Shown in pieces: positions 1 through 12,400 of a stretch of DNA of 64,000 nucleotides (position 1 is the first letter of the stretch; every line of letters begins with the position of its first letter). The stretch comes from Tubulanus polymorphus. Lineage: Eukaryota; Animalia; Nemertea. Location: positions 21,908,210 to 21,972,209 of the forward strand of contig NC_134030.1 of the NCBI RefSeq assembly GCF_964204645.1, read 5' to 3'. The notes under the pieces were generated by a model. It did no database searches, was not told the origin of the DNA, and was given only the letters and a program-made list of their open reading frames with translations. The translations under genes and the position numbers were made by a program.

Positions 1-318
1 CCTCATCAAGTTTTCTTCACCTTTTTTGTGAATCGGACCCTGACCTACTAGTCTCCTAGACTTGATGTATATCTGTCTGCGGTAAAACCAGAACACTTTT
101 AATTTTTGAACACCATTAATTTTCTATTCTTTTTGCATACCGGTAGAGATATTTACATCTTAACAATTGAACACCTCGTCTATAGAATTTCAAAAAAATG
201 CTTGTCGACAAGAGGTTCCCTGTGCAAGAGCGTCGTTGTAAGATGTGTTTATCTATTTTCTGTATGTGACGATGATCTGAAGTTTGTGTCTTTATATCCA
301 GGTAATGAATGAATCAAG

Positions 319-433
319 ATGAAGAATCTATGGAGGAATCCGCAGCGGTGTTTAGTGATCTGCGTGATTTTACTGTTTTATCTCATAGCGTACAACAACA
401 GCCCAAAAGCGTTTAGACTTAAGAGAAATACCG
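319..433 (+). CDS. A1 exon 1: signal peptide/leader
   Basis: MKNLWRNPQRCLVICVILLFYLIAYNNSPKAFRLKRNT followed by G|GTAAG; hydrophobic core, then RLKR; frame conserved in A2. Confidence 0.8.
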
Positions 434-3400
434 GTAAGAAAACGTGAAAGAACATATCATAGAGTATATATGGAAAATGTATTACATAAGATAAAACTTA
501 TCACCAGACTTTGGAAAGATCTGGGACAAAATGGTAGTTATTCAACCACTTGAACTGATAAAATTTAATGCTTCGAATTAAAAAACCTACAATCTCTTAA
601 GTGTTTACATTTTACAATGGAAAAGCCTAGAGCTGACCTCAATGTCACAGTAATCATAGGAATTCCCCACACAATGTTCTGCAGTAAGTGTATACTGTCT
701 ATAACGACTGAATTGTACCAAATATCTACATACATTGATTCTGTAGCCTCTGAATGTATTGATAAGTACCGTCAGACTGAAAAGGGTTTAAATCGGTACA
801 ATTAGTTTGAATATTGACCGTGGCAGCATCTCACAGGCTGTGTCTTAAAATCATGGTTAATGCGTGTGAATATAAGTTTTGAAAAATACCAAACAGATAA
901 TTGTTTATTTCTTGTTAAACCTCTTCAAACGGTGACAATTTTCGGAAGACAATTTCCTTAAACAAGGGGCTGTAGTTGCTCTGAAGTCGGTTTAAGGTGA
1001 ATGAAATTGAGATGTTAATTGGTCAATTTTGAACAATGGCTCTGACAATAGAAAGCTATATATTGCCAGCACCTGATGCAGTTGTACTGGACAGTGAGAA
1101 TGTATTACCGGGAACAAGAATATTACGTATATTGTGTATTTGATATTTCAGCACCTGATGGAGTTGTACTGGACAGTGTGAATGTATTACCGGGTACAAG
1201 AATATTACGTATATTGTGTATTTGATATTTCAGCACCTGATGGAGTTGTACTGGACAGTGTGCATGTATTACCGGGTACAAATATATTACTGTCGCAGGA
1301 AGGTAAAACTGTTAGTATTACCTGTAAACAGAGCAGCTCTACAGCGACTGATGTAGAATTCCAGCTACAAGTGAATAGTGGAGCAGGAGGGACCTGGACT
1401 GCATTACCTACAGCATCAGCACCAGTTTGGGATGTTGTACTTGAGGCTGGTAAAATGTATAAATGTGTAGCCATTAATTCAGCCAGATTTAAAGAAAGTC
1501 AAATCTACCAATCAGATGTAATCAGTGAGTATGGCGGGAACCTGTATGGTTCATAAAAAATGCAACTGAACCTAATTCAATATTGTAGAATGCAAATGGG
1601 CTAAAAAAGAAGCTTACGACTTCAAAGGGACTCCCACAATCAGTTTAGAAAAAGACGAAAAGATCGTGAAGTAAATGAATTTATGTTAGATCTTCGTTTC
1701 GGCGTTAAATTCATTGTCATCTTCAGACAAATTCAAACGTTGACTCTACAAGAACTTATCGTCTTTTCTGAACTGATTGACAGATCTCTGGTACTGACTC
1801 GGATGACAATTACTAAACCAGTAGCCTTCATACATTTACTGTTCATTGTCGGTTGTCTGACAATACATGTATTTTTGTGCCAAATTTCAACGCTCTTATT
1901 CTCTGTGGAAACAAGTCAGCATATCCTTTCATTCAGCACTTATCAAATAATGCTGGGTAAATAGAATAAAAGTTTCCTTTGCACTTGGTATTTTTTGTAT
2001 ATATTTTGTATTGTAGGTATAAAAATAAATGAAAACCCGTGTAAGCTGCATGAATTCAAACCATCACTGGCTTGTACTTGTAAAGCCACTAGTAAGGTCG
2101 GTAATTCAAACATGGCGGTAAAATGGTACGCTGATGGATTTACTGAAGGTTCAACGGATATTGATCAGATCCCCGATCAAGGCGTGAATACTCCGATGAA
2201 AGATGGAGTTATCAACAGGAATCAGATGCGGTTTAATTTAATGCTATACGCAATATTGATTCAATGTCGGTTATGGAAGTATAATGGGATAGAGTTACCG
2301 AAACTAACACTTCAAGAACAAATACTACATCAAACTCCAATGAACGTTACGTGTAAGTTGGAGAATATTTTCATAAGAGAATTTTCATACGATATCAGAG
2401 TGACAATAATGCATGTTACATCGTTTATTCTATTGGTAACTGCCCATAGTTGGAGATTTAAGAGTTACTATTTCATAACGACTGGTGATCATGCCGATGA
2501 AATTCTTTCGTTTTAATATTTGGTCCCAAGAAGGTATTTCAAATACTGAAGCGAATTGTTAATAATAACATTAAAAGGACTAGAATATGATTGTGCATGT
2601 ATTTGCTTTTGAAATCGAACTTACTGGAAAACGATTTCACCTTCTATGATTAGGGCCTAGGCTTAAGATTTTGAGCCCTCATGGAAAAATTGCAGCGAAA
2701 TTGGTAAAAATGTTGACATAAAAAGTTCGTTTCTGTAACAATTGTCGTCTTCGGGTATTCTTATGGCTATATCAGGGTTTTTTAATTTGTAATATGGGAC
2801 AAAGCTTCTTGAACCGGGACAATAGGATCACGCACAACTCACCAGAATAAAGGATTATTTTCATGAGTGCGATAGATACGCCACCTATCGTTGATATGTA
2901 TTGTTGCAAAAACAAATAAACTATATTACAATATAATTATGTCGGGAGTTACACCGTTACATTTCCGTCGATTCAAATTTCGACGCCCTTGATAAACACA
3001 CATTCCTCGGAGCGCAAGTAATATTTTACCATGTTTTATGGACGGACGTTTTCTCGATTTTGCACCGATCAGTGAAATTGAAGTGGATAAACTTGATATC
3101 ATCCAAAAATATATTTGCATCTTTATCTTTCAGATTTTCCCGATGAAATTGAAACACCAGATGCTTACACCGGACAACCTGACATTAGAAATGAAGGAGA
3201 AGTTGTAGAATATACTTGTAGAACAGTGATAGGAAGGCCCGATCCTACAGTGATATACCAACAGAAGAGAAGAGGTTCTGAACGATGGCAGCCAATTCCT
3301 GATCCACAACCTCGTAAAGTACCTCTCAAAATGGGTTTAAAAGGTTTTGACACGACGTACAAGTTCAAAGCTGATTTCAAACTGCACAATGGAACGTCAT

Positions 3401-6400
3401 TTCGATGTGCTGTAAAGGAGAACCTTACGTTTCCAGAACCTCAGCAATTTAATCAAATCATTGTTCATTGTAAGTATCAGTTTCTTTTTCGAATTCGAGA
3501 AATAAATAGTTTTCCCTGCAACAATACAGACCCCAGTGGTAGTGCAGACCTATCCACACATATAGCATGTCACAATGTTACCATGCTAAGCAGGAACATG
3601 ACAGAGTCTCGCGATGTCATCAGGTTCGAATCCCTGCCGAGGGAGGAACGTGGAAGAGTCTCACAATGTCATCAGGTTCGAATCCCTGCCGAGGGAGGAA
3701 CATGGCAGAGTCTCACGATGTCATCAGGTTCGAATCCCTGCCGAGGGAGGAACGTGGCAGAGTCTCAGGATGTCATCAGGTTCGAATCCCTGCCGAGGGA
3801 GGAACGTGGCAGAGTCTCATGATGTCATCAGGTTCGAATCCCTGCCGAGGGAGGAACGTGGCAGAGTCTCAGGATGTCATCAGGTTCGAATCCCTGCCGA
3901 GGGAGGAACGTGGCAGAGTCTCGCGATGTCATCAGGTTCGAATCCCTGCGAGGGAGGAACGTGGCAGAGTCTCACGATGTCATCAGGTTCGAATCCCTAC
4001 TGAGAGAAGATGGGTCTACTATGACAGGGCTTAAGAACTGTGCTAGGTCAGATATAACTTTTACTAATGTTTTGTTTGTTTTTCAATCAGATTTTGCTGC
4101 ACCAGTTTGCAAGAAATCCAGTGAAAATAAAACAAATGCAGCGTATATTGTAACAATTAATAGTTACCCATTGACTCAACAAGTTACATGTGACCCTCCA
4201 GCTGTCGTTCAAAAACTATCAAACTATCAGTGGAATATAACGATACCTATCGTAAATAGTACCACAACTGACTATAGAGGGCAGTGTTTGGCTGACGGTA
4301 TTAATGAAAGGGTCATTAATGTCACTGGTTATCATCACGCCGGTCCAACTGATGAACCAGGTAAGATTCCGGGTCACAACTGGGTAAAATGATTTAATTC
4401 CATGAAACATGATAAAACTCGAGGCCATCATCTCTTAACTCGAAATCATTTCTACACAATCAAAAAATTTACTTACGAAAGTCGTTATTTTGATAAATTG
4501 TCACAAAATAACCTATTAATATATTTCATAGTCTCAATTTACTAAGTCGTATGTCGTCACATTACTGGAGTTGTCTCTATCATTGGGTCTCATTTTACTA
4601 GGTGTAAGTCGTCATTCATTTGAGTCGTCACAATTCGTATTCGAATCAGCCACCAGTATTTTACCTAACCTGTAACTCAATTAGATTAGTCAGTACAGCG
4701 GATGAGTCTTATGGGAAATCCGTGCGCGATGACGTATTTCTCTGTGTCGTCCGAACTGAATGTATTTTTTGTGAATATATCACATTCAAATGTTACACAA
4801 TGATTTAGCATCTTTAACTTTCTATCTTGAGGCTTGAGGCTGACCCAATCAAGGAACAATTAATTTTCTCCCATTTCAAAAACAACTTATATACTTCATT
4901 TAGAGAAAATTTGAGCTTTGAAAGTTAAGAAGCAGTTACTTTTTGCTTGACCTATTTAATTATTCAATTCAATTGCTGTTGTTTTTATCAATAGTTACAA
5001 TGGAACTATTTCTAGCTTTATATAATTCAATTCAATCGCATCACTGATTTGTTTAAATTTCAGTTCCAGAAGAAGGGACTGGGGGAATAGTGTTTGCTGT
5101 AATCAGTATACTGATATTACTGATTCTGATAATACTGTTTATAATGTGTCTTTGTGGCTGCTGTAAGTTTTACCTAAAACGATCATTTGATCTGAAAAAC
5201 AATGATAAACAAACTGCAGAATCAGAATACTGTGTTATTTCTAATTGACAGTGCGGTGCAGAAAACCTGATGATGAACTGTGTAGATGTGGAAATTGTAA
5301 GTTATGTAATTATTCAAATAAAGAATGCTAGAAATTGAAAATAGTGCATAAGGCCGGATGGATTCTAGAGCCCTAAGATAACCAGATACAGTTGATCCTC
5401 AATTATCTGTCCACATTTTTAAGCCGGGACCCTAGTTGCGCAGTATCATTCAAAAAGTGTTCGTAAACTATTAATCTGGTCTTAAGTTGTTAGTTCGGCT
5501 ACAAAACTAAAACTGTCTTAAACTGGCCTTGAATGTTAGCCATCACTGTGCACATTACAAAACATTTAGTTGAAACACACAATAAAATGATGTTATCTGC
5601 AATCGTAGATTTTCCCCTGACAAAACCGGTCTCGATAACTGAGAGTTCATGAGGTCTGAAATCAGTCACACTTCTAGATTATGCTTAAAATTGCATACAT
5701 GGGCTTAAAGAAACAACACAATTTTGTGTGCTTGCGTTTGACAAAAGATGACGATTCAAAAAATGATTGTATTGTTTTTTTTTTGTTTTCAGCACTGAAT
5801 TTCAATAGTATAAGCCGTGAACTAATGATTTGTAATTGTCGCACCGAGGACTCGTCGGACGATGAACTATGTGTTTGTTGTTGCTGTAAGTGTCATAGAA
5901 AAATACCATCGTAGAATCATAGAAAGGAAAATCAAAAATTAGAATAATTTGTTTGTTTGTTTTTAGTGACTTGCAAATTACACGCTGCCGATGAATCTGA
6001 TAATGAGGATGACTCCTCAGATGAACTGTGTCATTGTTGTTGCTGTGAGTTCTATAAAATGACCTTTTTGAAAGTGATAAAGATCATTTGTCAATCACGG
6101 AAGAATAAACTTATTTTTTTAAAATTTTCTATTTGCAGTGCTGTGGAGAAGTGAGCCGTCTAGATGTAATTACTGAAAGTTTTATTAACATTGAAAACAT
6201 TGATGATTAATCCTGCAAAATTAACTGTTATTGTCATTGGATATTCACGAATTCAAGAATGTTTGGAACTTAGAAGAACAGAATGTTATCATTTCTGGGA
6301 TTCAGCGCGGGTTGGGTCGTAGTTTCAGATGGCTGCAAACATGAAATGTTGCTACGACCAAACATTCTTCGGTTCATTAAAAATCATTTTGATAGAAACC

Positions 6401-9400
6401 GCCGCCATAGGTTTTCTTAGCCTCCAGGAGAAGCTACTATGTAACATCGTTCTCTTCACAAATCCATTTTATAATGTTTAGCATCATTCAACTTTCAATC
6501 AATTTTCTAGACACAATACGCGCATTATTCAGACCAGAATTTAGGTGCACGAGACGCATTAAAAATCTAAAGCCAGAATATGCATAACGTTTATTTATTT
6601 TCGTCTGACATCGATCACTTTCAGATCTGAATCAGTGCGGTCTAAATAAACCGTCATTTTTATATCTATTGCACAATGCAGCATTAATCAAATTATATAA
6701 TGGCTAATCAGTAGCGAATGAATTACTCGTAGATGCACTGTCTTGGGTACAGGCTCGATACAAGTCACTGCGGGGTCACAAATCAACGTTGATAGGTTAA
6801 GATTACTTGCCGACGTAGGTTCTCCATTTTTCTCGTTGGGAAGTATCGTTAAGTTGTTGGGTGACGATAGTAATAAATTATCACATATGCCCACCGGGTA
6901 TCGGTAATGAAAACTTGCGTCCGGTTCCTTGTCCCAGTTACCATTTATTGCGAACTAGAAGAAATTCTGTGAATTCTGGAATTCCGTGATTCCGAAATAG
7001 TACCGGTTTAAACTCCGGTCAAGTTACGCAGTATCATTGGTTCAATTGTCTCATGGCATTAGTATCCATGACTATCTTTAGTGGGTGGCTCCATGAATAT
7101 CCAAATCACACTGTTTCTTTATTGGGTTGATTTGTCAGGTGAACGTGCATCGTGTAAATAAACAGTATTTCTGTTTTCTAATTTACAGTACCGTGTTTGG
7201 GTCCGAAATATAAAGATGTGATTGAATTGTTGCGTTGGACAAGTGAAACCTGGTATGAAAAAGGTAAGATTCTCTCACATGATTTACTGCACATATTCTC
7301 AGATATCGGTTTGATAATTTTAGGTGTTGTTTTCTCTTTGTAGATCATGAGAATTGGGTGAAAACACGTGACCAACTGCAGCCAGGTATTTATAGAAGTA
7401 TTAACCCTTTATTGCAGGAACACGTTGAAAATCTTTCATGAATACAGTTCATACGTAAAATGCGGCAATAGAGGATTCCCATTGAAAATAAACTATACGC
7501 GAGAAACGTTTTTAGATGTCGTCTTTTTTCATGTTTATCTGTAGCTAATATTTGTGTTGTTTGTTTAACAGTTAAAACTGGAGACTTTGAGACAATTGAC
7601 AGTTTCAGTCCAGGTATATTAGATATTTATTGTGATTTCATTTCAATCAAACAATATAAACTCAGATAATTCATCGACAAATCAACTACTTGCTCGTAAC
7701 GTCGATGAATTCATTTAAAAAAATCAATTTATCGTAAATTTTTCTTTCTAGAAATTGTTAGAATAATTGTCGATGTTTACGGAACTGAGAATGATTGGGA
7801 GATAACGAGAGATACGGATAAACAAGGTAAGAGGAGTGATGACTCAGTTGCCAGGGTAAGTGTCAAACCGGCTGAATGGTTTGTTGCAACCCGGGGCCGG
7901 GTTTATAGACTGGTATTAACTTTAAACCCGGGGTTAGTTTAATTAATTTTCAATTAAGTTAGCCCCGGGTTAAAGATAATACCAGTCTATAAAACCGGGT
8001 CCTGCATACAATACTGTACCGGAATATAACACTTCCCCGGGCCTCCTATCTTCATCCAGCAGTAATTCAAACTGTTTGATGCTCAGTTTATTTGACTATT
8101 GAATAAATGCTTTCTATATTTCATTTCAGCAAAAGCTATCAGAGAATTCCTGTTTGGACAATTATCAAGTGATCCAAGTAAGTTATTGTTTACCTATAGT
8201 TAAAGTGTTAGTTAAAGTTATGTACATGCACATGAGTGTTATGTGAACATGCACATGTGAGTTCAGTTGACATGTGCACATGTGAGTTATATTTACATGT
8301 TCATGTTATTATTACGTATACATATGAGTAATACATGCATGTACATGTGAACATGTGCATGTGAGTTTACCTGCGATGTGTTTTAATTTTAAGTAGAGTT
8401 TGGTCAGTTTTCATACATTTCCAGGTTTGTTAGATTTGGTGAAAGAAATTCTAAGTAAGTTCACGAAATGACTCAATATTTCCTCTTCAACTCGAATCAT
8501 CGATTCAAATGTGTTTATAATTATCTATTGACAGGAAAATACGCGAGAATAAACAATTTAAAAATGAAACTATCAAATGAGATCGGTAAGAGTTGATTGA
8601 ATACAGTTATTGATTTATGAGTTTATTGATTATTATTCTACTGTCAACTCATTTTGTAAATGTATTACAGATACATTACTGAACAAGAAGAGGTCAATGG
8701 ATGGCGCTGATGCAGTTTATAATAGAGATGAAGGTACCGTTATTATTGACTGTTCAAATGAAATATTCAGCTTTGCTGATAGAAATGTGGCGAATTCTAT
8801 TCAACATGGCCGCATGGCAGCCTTTTGGCAATAATCTATATATCTGATAGAAGCGACCAGTTGACAATTTGTAATAATTCAGTGTGTTATTTCGTGAAAT
8901 GGAAAGTTAATCTAATGCCATTTTTGCCTCAATTCGTACCGTTTTTGCCAAATTGGATGCATCAAAATTTGAGATGAAAATTTCATCTTAAAGATATCAG
9001 ACTAAAGCTTCAGATATACTGAAGTTACAACAAAATAATCAGATTTACACAATCCAGACCAAAAAAAAACTAATTGAGAAATAAGATGTGATACAAACTA
9101 TGGGTAATGATACAACATGAAACAAAATTTCAAATCTATTTTTTCCGTGTTTCAGATGAAGTTCATGTTAGTTTTATGACGCAATTGAATGAAGAGAAAA
9201 GACCCCTGACAAACAAAAAGAAACAGTTCACCAGAGATGGTCAGTAAAACTATGAATTCTATCTCTGAGTTCAATTTTCACATGTAGTTGACTACACGGG
9301 TTACCAAGGAGTCTTAAAAAGTGTTTAAAGAACTTACTGACAATAATGGCTAACTTTTTGGAAAAAGGTCTTCCGCATTTTTCAAGTTTTATACAGATGT

Positions 9401-12400
9401 CTGTTAGTAATAAGATAAAATCCCACTATTTACAGATTAAAAGAATTTAAAAACAAGAATTTATTTATTAAATCTAAAATATTTAAAAGACACGACGTTT
9501 CGATCTCACCCTAGAGATCATCGTCAGGTGTGTGAAATAGACTTAAAACAGGGGTATATATACAGAGGGGGACAGGTTAATTGAGTAAATTGGTGAGTGA
9601 GTAAATAATTAGTGTTTGGCAAGGCATGAAGTAATATACTTAGAAAGAAGGGAATTATGCGGAGAAAAGCCATTATTTAAATTGGTACTAATATCTGAGT
9701 GACGAGTAATTAGGGCAGACTCAACTATGTGGCGTTTAGTGTAATTGCTGGAAGTATAAATAATTTCGGCTTTATCAAAATTAAAACGATGACCAGTGTT
9801 CCAAACGTGATTGGCTACGCCACTTGCCGGTTTTTGATTTATTATATCCTTTTTGTGTTCCGAAATTCGAGTTTTTAAATCACGACCAGTTTCTCCAAAG
9901 TAAATTTTATCACAGCCAAAACAAGGAATTTTGTAAACTCCGCAGTCCAAAGGTTTAGATGGAGAAACTGGTCGTGATTTAAAAACTCGAATTTCGGAAG
10001 TAATGATTAGTCATGTAGTGACCGTGGTTCAGTGATTCATTGTGTCACCAATATTTAGGATTTATCTGTATTTATCGATTTTCAAAATAAAACGAGCGAC
10101 AAAAGAGCAACTGCTCTGCGTGAATCACATTCAGCTTTTTTGTCAGTTTCAAATCCCCAGTAAACGGTTATAATGAATTTCTATATTTTCAGTTGCTTCA
10201 GCAGTTGAATCTATTGTTGATTTGTTTGCTAAAATGTCCGGTAGGTTCCATAATTCATTTCAGTAAAAATACTGTGAAGTTTGTTGTGGAATCATTGAAT
10301 AATTGATTGTGTTTATTTTTACTGTAGATGCTGAATTATGTGAACGGGGAATATCCAACATAAAACGTAGGTTTTAATTCTCATTTTATCCTCAACTCTT
10401 TATAAATACATGTGCTCTATAATCTACCGTACATGTGCATTTTCTCTGTACGTGTACATGTCAGTTCTATATACACATACATGTTAGTTCTCTGTACATG
10501 TACAATACTGAAGTATTTGTAAATTCTGTGGTAAATACTTTTTCGTTATATTTCAGCAACTGTTGAAATTGCTGGTAAGTTATGATATTCACTATGATGT
10601 TTAAACTGGTGCTGAGTCTGTTCAATTATAACTGAAATATCGCTGTATCTTTTTATAGAAATGTTTGTAAAAGAAACACTTCAAACAGAAGTTAAACAAC
10701 AGAATGGTGAGTGTTTAGTTAATCTAGGAATCTATCAGGGGGGGGGGGTTACAACTATAAACTGATTACAAATTAAACATATTTTCTCTAATTACAGAAA
10801 ACCTCGTCACACAAATAGAAAACCAGAAAGTAACTGATAGAACAAAGATAGGTTTGTTACACGATAAACTGATTATCATAATTTATCCATAAATTATTCA
10901 GATGTTGTCAATATTAAACTATTTACCGGTACTAAAAAAGTGTAGATACAAATTTATCCTGCAACAGTGAATAATAGAAACTATCTTTATGGTTGGTATT
11001 ACAGAAATGGGAGTGGCCGACCTGAACCGTTCTGTGAGCAAAGATATCTGTGGTAAGACTGAAAATGTTATTCTTTTCTTATTTTTTACGTTTATTACAA
11101 ATCGTTTCGTTAATGAGAAATCCGAAGTACAATAAAACCAGCTGGACCCGTACCGGTGATGTGGAACAATTGGTAACTTTGTCGAAATTCATCTGCTCTG
11201 TGGGAAATTTAAGGTTTTATAAAACCCGGTTAATCCAGATGTATTTTGGTGAAATTCTAGTTTGAACTGATCTGGTCAATATTCATAATCATCCGGAAAT
11301 ACGGAGCGAACATTTGGAACCGATAAAATTCATCCGCTTTGAGTGAAACTCGAACTTTTATGAAATCCAGATGTACTTGGATGAAATTCTAGTTTGAACT
11401 GATCTGGTCAATATTTATGTTATTCTATTCATGTATTCATTTGTAGAATCAGTTTTATTGGCGTCAAGTTTGCAGAAATTAGAAGAGAACAAAAATTCGA
11501 CAGAACTAGATAAAAGTAAGTGTAAACTTTCTTTGTCCCTCGAAAAACTAAATTCACAGAGTATTTGATGACCATGAATTGAAGATGAAATTTATTGATG
11601 TCAGCAGCAGATCGTCCTAGGCATCTGTTTTGATTCAGAGCCAAGTTTTAAGTGGTGTTAAACTAAGAATGTATCTAAGAGACAGTTTGTATCGATGTGA
11701 ATAATCTTTTGACTATGTTTTTCATCAGTTGTTAACAGTTGTTAGAAAGTAACGCAGTATCATTGTTTCAAGTGTCTGCTTAAAATCAATCATAGCTTGA
11801 ACAAACCAGGTTTCGACTGTCATGCATATTAGATTCCAATCGGTTGGCTCCGAGAAAATCCAAATTACATCATCATTAGAGGATGGCTCCGGGTGGACGT
11901 GACATCCACTCTAAAATGTCCAATTACTGGGAAATTAGTTTCTGTTTTGTTAATTTAGTTGTTCATCTGTTTTCAGGTATTTATGAAATAAGTCGAGATG
12001 TTTTAGGTAAGAACTAAATATAGCGATATACCAAGCAATAAATCGAGAAATAATATCGAGGTCTTGGGTCGAAAGATACGGAAACGTCCTAGGGACATAA
12101 TTAATTTTTTAATATTTTTTCTGATTGAAAAATCATAAAATTAAGTAGAAATTCGATTCTTTATTAAATGTTATATTTTTTCGATCGGTCAAAAAGGAAA
12201 AAATAAATATTCCGTGAAAAAATGTCGGAATTAAATCAACGCTGGTCGAAATAACATTTAATAAAAAATCGATTTTTTATTTAATTTTATAATTTTTCAA
12301 TCAGCAAAAAAATAGGAAAATTTATTATGTCCCCAGGACGCTTCCGTAGAAAGCAAGACGCTCTAAAAGAAATTATCAGTTGACAAATTGTAAATGATAT

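Noticed and set aside
3567-4034. Overlapping ORFs with repeated SSGSNPCRGRN / VIRFESLPREE peptides
   Set aside because: Translations of the 52-bp intronic minisatellite; copy number differs between paralogues and the flanking exons splice around it.
319-5162. Assignment to a named gene (Dscam, Alr1/2, nephrin, FREP, VCBP)
   Set aside because: No recognisable sequence identity; only the general Ig+TM architecture is shared, so no symbol is given.
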